64,000 nt of DNA from an uncultured virus (IMG/VR IMGVR_UViG_3300031707_003496) (taxonomy: Duplodnaviria > Heunggongvirae > Uroviricota > Caudoviricetes). The stretch's first letter is position 1. Each line of letters begins with the position of its first letter. Under the pieces are notes generated by a model. The model was given only the letters and a program-made list of their open reading frames with translations, was not told the DNA's origin and did no database searches. The position numbers were made by a program, and so were the translations under genes. The stretch lies in IMG/VR virus record IMGVR_UViG_3300031707_003496. The stretch is one strand, 5' to 3'. Positions 18,787-28,879 of the stretch are shown here, piece after piece.

Positions 18787-20774
18787 TTACCATGAAACGA
18801 TATCTCATCATCTTATTTTTGATGATGTTAATTGGTACTGCCAGTGCCGCATCAACGTTATATTTAATGCCGTTGAATGCCAGTGAACCGATGCCGAACG
18901 TTAAACAAAGTGCGGATACAATTCACCGGGATGTAGCGACCAGCAAGGCGACGTATTTAGTACCGGGAGTAATGTCAGAAACAGTAAGTGCTATAATGGC
19001 AATCCCGACAACAGCGGAATCTACTGCGGCGGAAGCGGGTGCTGTGCATTACACCCATTACGGGACGTGGATAAGTAATCCTCTTGCCACCCAGTGGGTG
19101 AACGGTACAGTAACCGTAAATCTTTCGATGCGGGAAAGTTCCTCCTCTGCGAATGTTAACCCTCGTCTGAAGATATACAAATGGTATGCGAACGATACCA
19201 AAGGTGCGGAGTTACGAGCTATCGGGAACTCGGCAACGGAAGTCGGCACGTCATATCCGGCAACACCCGTCCGGTATTTCAATGCCGTAGCGTTAACCAA
19301 CACATCTTTTGAAGACGGTGACCGGATTGCCGTTGAACTTGAATCCTATGATAACAACGCCGTTACAACGTCGTGGTTACACGGAATACGATACGGTTCA
19401 ATATCCGGCGGGAATATGTCGTATGTCCGGTTCTCGCAGAATCTTACTTATCTTCCCCCGAAAACAATACCGGTCTATACCGGACAACGTCCTATTAATA
19501 CCAACCTCTCCAGTATTGGCGATTCTTCAGCGAAGTCGGTTGCCGTAGCGGATGAGATGTATAAGGCAATGAAGAAACAAACCTTCCCGATAAATTATAC
19601 GGACGGTACTACCGCTATCTCGATTAAAAGAATTGATTACGATTTGTCAGTCGCTAAGTGGGGGGTATGGATAGATGCCACTCGTGACGGGCAGGAAGTC
19701 CATACACATTCTCCAGTCTGGATTGTGAACTCACCGTATGAAGTCGTTGTATCTTCCTCAACCGATACTATCCGGAATGAAGAGATTGTTACTCTTAAAG
19801 AATCTCCTTTAGAAGCCGCCCAGCAAGTCCTCTCCGGGTACGTATCCCGGCAACCGTTAGGGATAGCTGAAGGGGATGATGTGCTTTTAGTGTATACTTC
19901 CGGGAATGGGGATGGGGATCTTATTGAATATAATAAAGATTTAACCTGGACAAATTTAATTGCTGCTACTACAGCAGATATTGCAGAACCAGATGGGGCA
20001 CAAGGGAGTATCTGGTTACGAGCATCACATACAACCAACCAATTTAAACATTTGGCTCGTGTATATATGGAATTTAATTCTTCTGCACTCCCAGATGATT
20101 GTACTATCAATTCTGCAATTGTAGGTACAACCGGACATATATCTACAGTTACAACCTTAGGAGTTCCCGCATTAAGTTTAGTTGGATTTAATCCAGCTAC
20201 AAATGGAACGGCTGTTTTTGCAGATTTCAATAAATTTAGTAATACTCGATATGCCACTGATATTAGTGGTGGTTCATGGTCAACTTCTGGATATAATAAC
20301 TTCACTTTGAACGCCGCTGGAATAGGTAATATATCAAAAACCGCATATACAAATACAGGAATTATATTAAGTTGGGAACTTGATGGGTTTGGAGGCATAT
20401 GGGAAGATTATCAACAAATACTATTTTATATACAAACACAAGAACACGGTACAACCGGACAACCATTCATAGAGATTACCTATACCCCGGCAGCAGGTGG
20501 GTCGGCACCGGTATCTTCCTTTACAACCGCTAAATCCCTCTATAGGATACCCGGAACCTTACAAGTCAACGATACCAGTACGAATACACCTACGGTATGG
20601 AACTGGAGTTGGGGGGATGGCACGTGGACGAACGGTACTACTCGGAACGCCACCCATAAATACACGACGAGAGGAACGAAATCGGTATTACTGGTCTCCT
20701 CAAATGCAAATGGAGCGAACACAACACCAACGGCATCGAAGGTGAGGATTGTAGGCTATGAAAATCTCTGGTAG
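18783..20774 (+). CDS. secreted multidomain virion/adhesion protein (DNRLRE-like domain plus C-terminal PKD)
   Basis: Signal peptide; RVYMEFNSSALPDD..NNFTLNAAG; PKD WNWSWGDG. Confidence 0.7.
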   Translation: MITMKRYLIILFLMMLIGTASAASTLYLMPLNASEPMPNVKQSADTIHRDVATSKATYLVPGVMSETVSAIMAIPTTAESTAAEAGAVHYTHYGTWISNPLATQWVNGTVTVNLSMRESSSSANVNPRLKIYKWYANDTKGAELRAIGNSATEVGTSYPATPVRYFNAVALTNTSFEDGDRIAVELESYDNNAVTTSWLHGIRYGSISGGNMSYVRFSQNLTYLPPKTIPVYTGQRPINTNLSSIGDSSAKSVAVADEMYKAMKKQTFPINYTDGTTAISIKRIDYDLSVAKWGVWIDATRDGQEVHTHSPVWIVNSPYEVVVSSSTDTIRNEEIVTLKESPLEAAQQVLSGYVSRQPLGIAEGDDVLLVYTSGNGDGDLIEYNKDLTWTNLIAATTADIAEPDGAQGSIWLRASHTTNQFKHLARVYMEFNSSALPDDCTINSAIVGTTGHISTVTTLGVPALSLVGFNPATNGTAVFADFNKFSNTRYATDISGGSWSTSGYNNFTLNAAGIGNISKTAYTNTGIILSWELDGFGGIWEDYQQILFYIQTQEHGTTGQPFIEITYTPAAGGSAPVSSFTTAKSLYRIPGTLQVNDTSTNTPTVWNWSWGDGTWTNGTTRNATHKYTTRGTKSVLLVSSNANGANTTPTASKVRIVGYENLW

Positions 20775-21339
20775 TAATATTTTACTTACGGGAATCATTG
20801 TAGTATTATTACTGATAAGCATAGTATCCGCAATCGGTGATTCGGAATACTGCACTCCATTACCAACCGGGCTGGAAACTATTATTGACCATAACGGAGA
20901 CTGGTGGAATATTACGATTAAAAGTAGTACTCTTTGCTATACCTGTCGAGACAATGGTGCCGGGTATGGTGACGTTGATTGTGTGCTATGTTCTGGAGTT
21001 GTTGCCGGGTTTACGTCGAATGTAACCTGCGGAAACATTCCCTTCTCCGTGCAGTATACGGACACGTCAACCGGAACGAATATTACGAGCTGGTACTGGG
21101 ATTTCGGGGATGGCGTTAACACTACGGCTAATAACCCGGTAATAAATTATACCGTAGCCGGATTCTATGGCGTTGACCATTCCGCTACAAACTCGATGGG
21201 AACGAACTGGAGTAATGTTTCCGGGTATATGGCAGCCCGGGTTGTCGGGGATATCTGTACTGGTGGAACTACCGGGGGTGGTGTCCAGTATGATACGAAT
21301 ACCTACAAACCCGGTTGGTTTAACAGTTGGTGGTTCTAA
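20758..21339 (+). CDS. secreted PKD-domain protein
   Basis: Signal peptide; PFSVQYTDTS..SWYWDFGDG..NP. Confidence 0.8.
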   Translation: MKISGSNILLTGIIVVLLLISIVSAIGDSEYCTPLPTGLETIIDHNGDWWNITIKSSTLCYTCRDNGAGYGDVDCVLCSGVVAGFTSNVTCGNIPFSVQYTDTSTGTNITSWYWDFGDGVNTTANNPVINYTVAGFYGVDHSATNSMGTNWSNVSGYMAARVVGDICTGGTTGGGVQYDTNTYKPGWFNSWWF

Positions 21340-21397
21340 ACCATCTCTCTTTTTTAACACAAACCTTTAATACCACACACACGCCAAATATTATTAA

Positions 21398-21766
21398 ATG
21401 CCATCTATTAGTACTATCAACGAACCGAACCTTTCTTCTGCCTTGTCGTCCGGTGCATCTCCGAAAGGCATTTACTTAATCTTTTTACTGAATAACGCTA
21501 CGAATTATTTCCTGACCATGCGGACTTCTAAGGAATCCGAGACTATTGAACAGGCGACGGCTGCCCTGATAGCGTTCTGCCCGGACGCCAAGAAACGGGA
21601 AGAGTTGTGGCGGCGGTATACGAATATCATTGAAGGAAAAGAAGAAGGCGCTCCGATTGGCGGGAGTTCCGTAGTTACGGCGTCGGTACTGGTTATTGGC
21701 GACTTTATCTCGTATCTCAGTGACACCTTAGAGTTCACTGAGAAGAGTACTGGTGGTTTCCTGTGA
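21398..21766 (+). CDS. hypothetical protein of the ATPase module
   Basis: First ORF after AAACCTTTAATA promoter; coupled to the ATPase. Confidence 0.6.
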   Translation: MPSISTINEPNLSSALSSGASPKGIYLIFLLNNATNYFLTMRTSKESETIEQATAALIAFCPDAKKREELWRRYTNIIEGKEEGAPIGGSSVVTASVLVIGDFISYLSDTLEFTEKSTGGFL

Positions 21767-22761
21767 ACGGGGAAGCAGTATCCGTGCAGCAAACCTACCC
21801 GGAAATTTACGAGTCGGGATTAATTGATTTAGGGCCGATGAACCAGTCGGCAATCAAGAAACTGGCGAACCTTGCTCAGACGATTATCAATAATAATGAA
21901 GAGTATCCGCCGTCACCGTTTTTGAAGATGGTTGCCGAACTGATTACTGGTAGCGACAAACAGGACTTCTCGATTATTATCTCCGGGGATAAAGGCATGG
22001 GTAAATCCTATGTTGCAATCTATATTGCCCCGAGACTGGCGGACGAAGTTGCGAAGATCCTGGGCGGGACCCGTGACGATTACTTCTCACTTAACAACTG
22101 TGCGCTGCTTGAGGACACAGACGGCGTTAACAAGATATTAAAGATTTCAAAGAAACACCAGATAATTATCGTGGACGATGCCGGGGTAGCAGTCGGGTCA
22201 CGGGACTTCGCTACTACCCATAATAAAAACTTTAATAAACTCTTAGCTACCTGCCGGACGATGCGGTGGTGTGTGATTCTTACTGTACCGATGCGGTCAC
22301 ACTTAGATAAACAGGTGCGGGAACTGGTCTCCGCAACAGCCCGGATTTACAAGTCTTTTCATAAAGGCGGGTTCAATATCCTGAAGATGGGGAAGATCAA
22401 GATTCTTCAGGACTATAAAGACAAAGCCATTTACCCAAGATTTATCTTTAATAAAAAGAAAGTAGATTTCTGGGTAGCGTTCAGACCCGACTTAGAACTG
22501 GCAGAAGAATACGACCGTCGTCGGGATATGGCGTCCCAGCGGTTGATTGCCGAATCGGTGACCGGGGAAGAGATTGAGAAGTTATCTCCGCAGAAACGGA
22601 AATGGTTACAGGTCGTTCACGACCATTTAGAGGAAGTCAAGGTCATGCAGAAGAAAGGCCTGGCGAAATCGAAAATAATGATCGAATGCGATTTAACCGA
22701 ACGGCAGGTCAACCGGCTTTACGCCCAGATCCGGAAAGAAGAGAAAGAGGGCGAGAAATGA
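21763..22761 (+). CDS. P-loop ATPase (Zot/SSV B251-like), candidate assembly/packaging ATPase, with possible C-terminal HTH
   Basis: Walker A GDKGMGKS, Walker B IIIVDDAG, CRT..VILTVP..LDKQVR. Confidence 0.8.
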   Translation: MNGEAVSVQQTYPEIYESGLIDLGPMNQSAIKKLANLAQTIINNNEEYPPSPFLKMVAELITGSDKQDFSIIISGDKGMGKSYVAIYIAPRLADEVAKILGGTRDDYFSLNNCALLEDTDGVNKILKISKKHQIIIVDDAGVAVGSRDFATTHNKNFNKLLATCRTMRWCVILTVPMRSHLDKQVRELVSATARIYKSFHKGGFNILKMGKIKILQDYKDKAIYPRFIFNKKKVDFWVAFRPDLELAEEYDRRRDMASQRLIAESVTGEEIEKLSPQKRKWLQVVHDHLEEVKVMQKKGLAKSKIMIECDLTERQVNRLYAQIRKEEKEGEK

Positions 22762-23195
22762 ACTGTCCGCATTGTGGGGTACTGATAGAAGAACCGAAAG
22801 AGATTCAGATACCCGACCAGATGAAGAACGATAACTGGTCGTTATTTGTCTTAGCCCGCAGCAACAACCCGGAAGTAATGATACCGTATACCCAGAAACT
22901 CGTCTCGAATTTAATGATGTCGGTAAAGATAGCGAAGACAACCGAATACGACGAGATGTTAAAATGGTGTTGGGGTGCAGCGAATTTTTCAGTAGGGTTA
23001 TTATCTGAGATCATGGACCAGCACGATTCAAACACCGACTGGAGCAAACCGATTATTAAATGTGAGTATATCCTCTCTCAGATTGGTGCCATGATTTACG
23101 ACCCGAAAAGACGGTGGGCAATTACCCAGGGCGGTGCGTTCCGGTATCCCGGGACGGCAACTCCGCCAGCAGCAGTAAAAACGGAAGTGAAATGA
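22758..23195 (+). CDS. hypothetical protein with N-terminal CPHC knuckle
   Basis: Coupled ORF. Confidence 0.6.
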   Translation: MNCPHCGVLIEEPKEIQIPDQMKNDNWSLFVLARSNNPEVMIPYTQKLVSNLMMSVKIAKTTEYDEMLKWCWGAANFSVGLLSEIMDQHDSNTDWSKPIIKCEYILSQIGAMIYDPKRRWAITQGGAFRYPGTATPPAAVKTEVK

Positions 23196-23196
23196 T

Positions 23197-23742
23197 ATGA
23201 GTTACGATGATATACTAAAACAGACAGCAGTACAGACCCGGGCAGTCCCGCAACAACAACACCAGCCGGGACGGGGACAATACGGATACGACGACGGTGG
23301 CTATTACGACCCGTATCCAGTTCCCGGCGACCCGTATATGTATCGTCCGCCTCAACAGAACGCGAACATGCAGATGCTGAATGCGTTACTGGACACAAAG
23401 CTCAAAACCGGGGAAGAACTGGATAACATGATGCAGATGTTCGTTATCCTGATGGACAGTGTTCGTCGTATTCCGAACGTTGAAATGACAGTAATCAAAT
23501 CCTTGCAACGGGACTGGTTTGATATTGTATTCTTATCAACCTGTCAGGGACAAAAACAACGAACACTGGACAAAATGAAGGATCTGTTATTTGAAATTAA
23601 TTCCCTTGGTGCTTATGGAGGAGCAGAACTACGGGGTATTTCAACGGTTGGTGCAATGATAACCCAAAAACAGATCGCCGACCAGACCGTAAAATATCCT
23701 CAGGACGTTGCGAAAAGACAAAAACTGTTTGGAATAATCTGA
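23197..23742 (+). CDS. hypothetical protein
   Basis: Operon position; Q/P-rich N-terminus. Confidence 0.6.
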   Translation: MSYDDILKQTAVQTRAVPQQQHQPGRGQYGYDDGGYYDPYPVPGDPYMYRPPQQNANMQMLNALLDTKLKTGEELDNMMQMFVILMDSVRRIPNVEMTVIKSLQRDWFDIVFLSTCQGQKQRTLDKMKDLLFEINSLGAYGGAELRGISTVGAMITQKQIADQTVKYPQDVAKRQKLFGII

Positions 23743-23746
23743 TACT

Positions 23747-24550
23747 ATGGCAACAACAGTGGTGGCGGGAGAGATCCTTCCAAAAGGATTTGTTACGAAT
23801 CCCTGGTTTGATTGGAGTCCGGCATTGGGGATACCAATCTGGTTTATTATTTTAGTGGTACTTATTCTAGTTTTTATCATAATTAATTTATCATGGGTTT
23901 TTAAGGTAAGGCGTCTTGCATCGGTGAGAGGATTTGTAGATGCATTAAAAAGTTCATCACAATTAGATGTAATGTGTTGGATTATATCAACGACAAGGAA
24001 CCTAACAATTGAGATGTTAAGAAAGAGGGATGCTGCAATATCTTTCTATGACGATACAAAAACAAAAACATCGTGGTGGATCCACAACTCCCCCATCTCG
24101 GTCATCCACATTGGAGGAAAAGGGGGAATAATCTTATCTGAAGAATATTATCGTTCCCGCGATATGGTTTCCGAGATGGCATTAGTCTATAACTGCGACA
24201 TCCTTAATAATAATTTAGAAGAATATGGAAGGCGGTTACAAAAACCCATAAAACCGATAAAAGATTATGAGGATTATACTACATTTGGTAGGGTGATCCT
24301 CGGTATGTTATTTCCAGATGGTATTGAGATGCCTCCTTATAAAATTTTTAACCCGGAAGCATTTCGCAAATATTTCCCAAAAGGGATGACCGCAATGGCC
24401 AACGGAGCCTTGTTAATCCGCGAAGCTCGTAAGCTGAAAGTAACTATGAGACCCAAAACTTTCTGGGAAAAATACTTGCCCCTTGGCATGTTCGTCGCAA
24501 TAGGTCTGATCTCAATAATTGCTGCGTGGATGGTCCCACTGGGTAAATAA
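23747..24550 (+). CDS. membrane protein with N- and C-terminal TM helices
   Basis: Hydrophobic ends around a soluble core. Confidence 0.65.
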   Translation: MATTVVAGEILPKGFVTNPWFDWSPALGIPIWFIILVVLILVFIIINLSWVFKVRRLASVRGFVDALKSSSQLDVMCWIISTTRNLTIEMLRKRDAAISFYDDTKTKTSWWIHNSPISVIHIGGKGGIILSEEYYRSRDMVSEMALVYNCDILNNNLEEYGRRLQKPIKPIKDYEDYTTFGRVILGMLFPDGIEMPPYKIFNPEAFRKYFPKGMTAMANGALLIREARKLKVTMRPKTFWEKYLPLGMFVAIGLISIIAAWMVPLGK

Positions 24551-24551
24551 C

Positions 24552-25424
24552 ATGGCAGTTTTTTTTGGGGGCATTTTAAATTATGCGGATCCGTTATTCA
24601 ATCAGCCGATCTATATCTACTCATGGATATTTGTAATCATCTGTACCCTTTTTGCATATATAATCTGGAGATTCTCTATATGGGCTGGGTATAAAAGTGT
24701 TTGGGGGTTATATTATGCATTTAAGGCGATGAGTCAGGCAGCATTTATTTTTAATAAAGGACTTATTTCAGAGTTGCTATCAGAACGAGATGCAAAATGT
24801 ATTTTTGATTATTCTAAGTGGGGGTATGAATTACCCAATTCCAGAATACCAGTCCTCGGGAGTAAAATCCAACACATCCTTTTTAATTATGCAAGTGCCT
24901 TTTTGAATATTGATTTTGCCCACGCCCTTCTTTATAAGCTCGGGGGTAGGAATATGGATGTTGAGATTGCTAAAAAATTCCAGAATTATGAATGGGAAAG
25001 CGAGTCATCGGTAACTACTGGAGGCATTCACTGTGATCTTATAGCCGATCTTGACGACTGGTCGGTAAAAACATCCCCCCAACATGCGATTATTGAATCC
25101 ACCGCAGAACAACACAACGATGCGAACCCAAACGATCAAATTCATTCGTATCCGAAATTTCAGCGTAAGTTGCTCGAAGGCACACTCAATTGTCCGCCAG
25201 GGATTAAGAAGACAGTAACGATCCCCTGGGTAAGGATTGATAGTGCATTCCCGGTTATAATAGCAAATAATGAAGCAGCAGGATCAATACGGGAAGTCGC
25301 ATTAGAATTAGAGCGTGATGAAGCAGCAGAGTTCTCGAAATATTATTTAAAAATATTATTCGGATGTTTTGGATTCGCTATACTCCTGTTACTCATTCGT
25401 ATTATCACGATTAAGTTTCTATAA
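24552..25424 (+). CDS. membrane protein with N- and C-terminal TM helices (possible paralog of 23747-24550)
   Basis: Same topology, tandem position. Confidence 0.6.
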   Translation: MAVFFGGILNYADPLFNQPIYIYSWIFVIICTLFAYIIWRFSIWAGYKSVWGLYYAFKAMSQAAFIFNKGLISELLSERDAKCIFDYSKWGYELPNSRIPVLGSKIQHILFNYASAFLNIDFAHALLYKLGGRNMDVEIAKKFQNYEWESESSVTTGGIHCDLIADLDDWSVKTSPQHAIIESTAEQHNDANPNDQIHSYPKFQRKLLEGTLNCPPGIKKTVTIPWVRIDSAFPVIIANNEAAGSIREVALELERDEAAEFSKYYLKILFGCFGFAILLLLIRIITIKFL

Positions 25425-25628
25425 CTTTTTTTTCACTTTCACCTCACAAACCGATAGTTATATAATATATTAAAACATATTACTACATATGACAAAGAGA
25501 TGTAAACATCTTAAAGAAGAGAATATCGGGATGCAATTTTGTTTGGTGTGTCGGGGTACGGAAAAACAATGTCCTAAAAACAGACTGAAATGCAAGTTGG
25601 GACAATCATGTTGGCAGGTAAGAGGCAA

Positions 25629-26420
25629 ATGAACACGAAAGTTTGTTCTAAGTGTGGTATTGAGAAACCATTTGAGCAATTCTCAAAAAAATCGGCATCG
25701 AAAGATGGATATCGAGCAACGTGTAAAGTTTGTGAACACGAATATCATATGGAAAACAAGGAAAGATTAAATCAACAATCAAGAGAACGCCATAATAAAA
25801 ACAGGGAAGCAGATAATTTAAGGAACAAACAATACTATCAGGACCACAAAGAACACCATGCTGTGTTAGCGAAAACATACCGGGAAGACCACAGAGAGGA
25901 AATCCGTGAAGGAAAACGCCAGTGGAAGAAAACACCAAAAGGAAAAGAGTGTGAGAAAAGATACTACCAAAAAAATAAAGATATAATCTTACCAAAAATG
26001 GCCGAATATTATCTGGAGACAAAAGAGGAACATAACGAACGTTCAGTAAAATGGGCAAAGGAGAACCCTGAGAAAACAAAGGAGATTAGAAGTAAATATG
26101 GGAAAACTCCAAAAGGACGAATCAATAGTATAAATAGTTGCAATCGGCGCAGGGAATTGTTGGAACACGGTGATGGGATCACCTTAGAGCAATGGATTAA
26201 AATCCTTAAAATCCAAGATCACCGATGCAATGGATGTGGTCGAAAATTCAGTAAGAGATTAAAAGCAACGGAAGATCATATCATCCCTTTATCGAAAGGC
26301 GGATTGCACGAATTCGGGAATATCCAAGCACTATGTGGAAAATGTAATTCAACAAAGAACGCGGATCTGGATAAAGAGTATATCCACACGTGGATAACAG
26401 AAGGTGTTGCAGTTGAATAG
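25629..26420 (+). CDS. HNH endonuclease with N-terminal Zn finger and helical repeats
   Basis: KVCSKCGIEK..CKVC; CNGCG..TEDHIIPLSKGG..NIQALCGKCNSTK. Confidence 0.9.
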   Translation: MNTKVCSKCGIEKPFEQFSKKSASKDGYRATCKVCEHEYHMENKERLNQQSRERHNKNREADNLRNKQYYQDHKEHHAVLAKTYREDHREEIREGKRQWKKTPKGKECEKRYYQKNKDIILPKMAEYYLETKEEHNERSVKWAKENPEKTKEIRSKYGKTPKGRINSINSCNRRRELLEHGDGITLEQWIKILKIQDHRCNGCGRKFSKRLKATEDHIIPLSKGGLHEFGNIQALCGKCNSTKNADLDKEYIHTWITEGVAVE

Positions 26421-26546
26421 AAACCTTTATCTTCTTTTAATACTATTTTTACAAAGCGAGGTGCGTATCCAAACCCCCTTTTACTTGACCCGGATAACAC
26501 CATGTATCGCCAGAAGAACAACTAAATCTGAAAGGAAGTGATTGAA

Positions 26547-26678
26547 ATGGTAAAGCAAATGCCAAACCCGGCAATGCCGCGTTCACCGAATGCGGGGAAG
26601 TATAAGATGACCAAACCGGAAGTCGGGGTAAACGTCCAGAAAGGATTCCCGGTTCCGAAACGACGGAAGAGGTTCTGA
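26547..26678 (+). CDS. small basic protein (43 aa)
   Basis: RBS-like GGAAGTGA; ends PKRRKRF. Confidence 0.5.
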   Translation: MVKQMPNPAMPRSPNAGKYKMTKPEVGVNVQKGFPVPKRRKRF

Positions 26679-26683
26679 TCCGA

Positions 26684-26860
26684 ATGCCACGCAGAGTAAG
26701 ACCACGCCGCCAGCGAGCGCCGCAGAACCCGTTTGGGAACCCGGATATGGGTGGAATGATGAAGACGATGGCGGGAGCTACGGTAGGAGTAGTAGCGATT
26801 GGCGGGATGACTACGTTAGGGATTGGTGCCCTGAACTTACTGAAACCGCCCGGGCCGTGA
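26684..26860 (+). CDS. small protein with Arg-rich N-terminus and Gly-rich hydrophobic C-terminus (58 aa)
   Basis: MPRRVRPRRQR...GATVGVVAIGGMTTLGIGAL. Confidence 0.55.
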   Translation: MPRRVRPRRQRAPQNPFGNPDMGGMMKTMAGATVGVVAIGGMTTLGIGALNLLKPPGP

Positions 26861-26864
26861 GTCT

Positions 26865-27071
26865 ATGAAGAACTGGATTCAATCCACAGCGCCAAAGAAA
26901 GGTGCCTTACACCGCCAGCTTGGTTACGATCAGGATGACCGGTTACCGAAAGGGTTGATTCACGACATTCACGGTGCGGATATCGGTACGCATGTAAGAG
27001 GACATACAGTTACCCGGTTATTAAAACAACGGGTGAACTTTGCGGTTAACGCCCAGAAACGCAGGAGGTAA
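26865..27071 (+). CDS. small basic viral protein (NWIQ..KKGALH..LG type)
   Basis: Motif recalled from small basic phage proteins. Confidence 0.6.
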   Translation: MKNWIQSTAPKKGALHRQLGYDQDDRLPKGLIHDIHGADIGTHVRGHTVTRLLKQRVNFAVNAQKRRR

Positions 27072-27075
27072 GATA

Positions 27076-27720
27076 ATGGTCTGGAAGATCAGTGAAGAAG
27101 AGTTAAAGAACCAGGCGCCGGTTGTCCAGGAGAGATTAAAGGATAAAGAAGCCGGAGTCAAAAAGTATCGCCCGGCACAAGATGTTGACCGATACCAGGC
27201 ACCGCCAAAATCCCGGTGGGAACAAGTACGGGAAGGCATCCTGAAAGGCGGTGAACGTGCGGGAGAAGTTGGTAAGAAAGGGGTCGGGAAGTTCAAAGAG
27301 TTCGCTAAGAACCATCCTGTCAACAATCCAAAAGGGGAAAGGAAAGAACGACGGGAACCAAGAGAAAAGCAGAAAGAACCACGTGGGCGTGTATCTCAGC
27401 GTGATATTTACAAAGACGGTGTGTTAGTCGAGAAAGTACACTACGGTCCTTCTAAGCCAGCGAAACAACCGAAACCACCTCGCAGGAGAAGGGAGGACCC
27501 GTTAGGTGGATTCGGTGCCGGGATGTCGTTTCGTGATATGATGCCCGGTTCAAACCAGGGGTTCGGTCTTGGCGGGATGTCGCCCTTCTCCGACCCGATG
27601 CACCGCTCGGAACCGAAAAGACAGAAGAAGAAAGGCCGACGCCAACCGAGAGAAGAACCGTTTGACTACATCGAACATATGAATAAACTCCCGGATTCGT
27701 GGAAAGGGTTGGGGTTCTAA
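27076..27720 (+). CDS. highly basic low-complexity protein
   Basis: K/R/E/P-rich; RBS GGAGG. Confidence 0.6.
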   Translation: MVWKISEEELKNQAPVVQERLKDKEAGVKKYRPAQDVDRYQAPPKSRWEQVREGILKGGERAGEVGKKGVGKFKEFAKNHPVNNPKGERKERREPREKQKEPRGRVSQRDIYKDGVLVEKVHYGPSKPAKQPKPPRRRREDPLGGFGAGMSFRDMMPGSNQGFGLGGMSPFSDPMHRSEPKRQKKKGRRQPREEPFDYIEHMNKLPDSWKGLGF

Positions 27721-27722
27721 GT

Positions 27723-28013
27723 ATGGTAATCCCTCGCAAACAACCAGAACGCCGATATCGTGTTGACCGGAGAGATGTTGAGATTGGCGCTAAACACGAG
27801 CTGGAGCATACGAAAAACAAGGCACAGGCCCGGAAGATCGCCCGCCAACATTTGATCCACCACCCGACATATTACGACGTGCTCCCGGTTGCAGAGCGGG
27901 AAATGGCCGCCCGGGAAGTTAACATGAAAGCGTTGCCAAGAAAGAAGAAACCAAGGCAGCAACAACAGGGTATTGGATTACCGCCTGGATTTAATAGCGT
28001 TCCATTTGGTTAA
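27723..28013 (+). CDS. DUF5661-like protein
   Basis: GAKHELEHT..ARKIARQHL..PTYY motif. Confidence 0.65.
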   Translation: MVIPRKQPERRYRVDRRDVEIGAKHELEHTKNKAQARKIARQHLIHHPTYYDVLPVAEREMAAREVNMKALPRKKKPRQQQQGIGLPPGFNSVPFG

Positions 28014-28165
28014 ACTATCTCTTTTTTAGCATTCATCCAAGATAACCAGTACGCTACCACCCCGACTATCCCGATCAGGATAAACACTACGCCCATAATT
28101 GATATTGCCATGTTGATTGATGACAGAGGGACGACATTAGTACTGGTGATGTTAAGGGAAGGCAT
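28010..28165 (-). CDS. single-helix membrane peptide resembling MCP helix 2
   Basis: INMAISIMGVVFILIGIVGVV compared with ITAALNIAGIALIVVGISGII. Confidence 0.4.
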   Translation of the reverse strand: MPSLNITSTNVVPLSSINMAISIMGVVFILIGIVGVVAYWLSWMNAKKEIV

Positions 28166-28665
28166 GGCACGAGTCCCTGCCTCTTCTGCCACGGCAACTC
28201 AAACCCGCGTTTGGGTTCCTGAGTCTGCCCGGCTAGTCCGGTGTAATGTTGTTGGGATATAGTTTCGGAGCGACCAATCGCATCCCGTTCCTTGCCCATG
28301 AATGACCGGCTAACCAAATCTCCGAAGGCATCTTCAATTGCCTGCTGGACGTTCAATAACCCGGGGTTGGCAGTATCAGAACTGTCCATAGCTACTACCG
28401 CCAAGTTCAATGCTATCTTTAACTGGAGTTTTCTTATTGTGATATTCTCGTTGCGAGCTAGCATAGCATTCGGGTCGAAGTTCACGTTCACAATTTCTCC
28501 TAACGTGATTTTACAGCTTTGTGAAAAATCAAACTGGTTGATTAAATCAATACACTTCTTTGCATATTCTGACGAGATGATCTTCGCCCGGAACCGATAA
28601 TCTTCTTTTGAGAAGTCCTGGTCAATTCTCCGCCCGGGGTCTACCTGATCCTGAAATTCCGCCAT
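28087..28665 (-). CDS. hypothetical protein
   Basis: Long ORF with RBS GGTGAG. Confidence 0.6.
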   Translation of the reverse strand: MAEFQDQVDPGRRIDQDFSKEDYRFRAKIISSEYAKKCIDLINQFDFSQSCKITLGEIVNVNFDPNAMLARNENITIRKLQLKIALNLAVVAMDSSDTANPGLLNVQQAIEDAFGDLVSRSFMGKERDAIGRSETISQQHYTGLAGQTQEPKRGFELPWQKRQGLVPCLPLTSPVLMSSLCHQSTWQYQLWA

Positions 28666-28879
28666 GCTTACTTCTCACCTTCCTTAATACCCAGTATCCG
28701 CCGTATTATTTTATCTATGGATTCCCGGGTCTTAACGCCAAACATCTTCCGGTAGTTCACGCTGTTCTCCTCTAAATATATTCTTACTGCCCGAGACATT
28801 CTTACCGTAGTCCATTCTTCATCCATGATTACTGTTCCTGATAATAATTATAATTCTTATAAGTTATAGTCATTTCCTC
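28648..28879. repeat. 232-bp inverted repeat copy A (pair at 45942-46173)
   Basis: Reverse-complement match with 3 substitutions seen. Confidence 0.9.
28668..28826 (-). CDS. RHH-like regulator, copy 1 (52 aa)
   Basis: MDEEWTTVRMSRAVRIYLEE...ESIDKIIRRIL. Confidence 0.65.
   Translation of the reverse strand: MDEEWTTVRMSRAVRIYLEENSVNYRKMFGVKTRESIDKIIRRILGIKEGEK

Noticed and set aside
21763..22761. Terminase large subunit
   Set aside because: Too short, no RNase H-like nuclease domain, no adjacent portal
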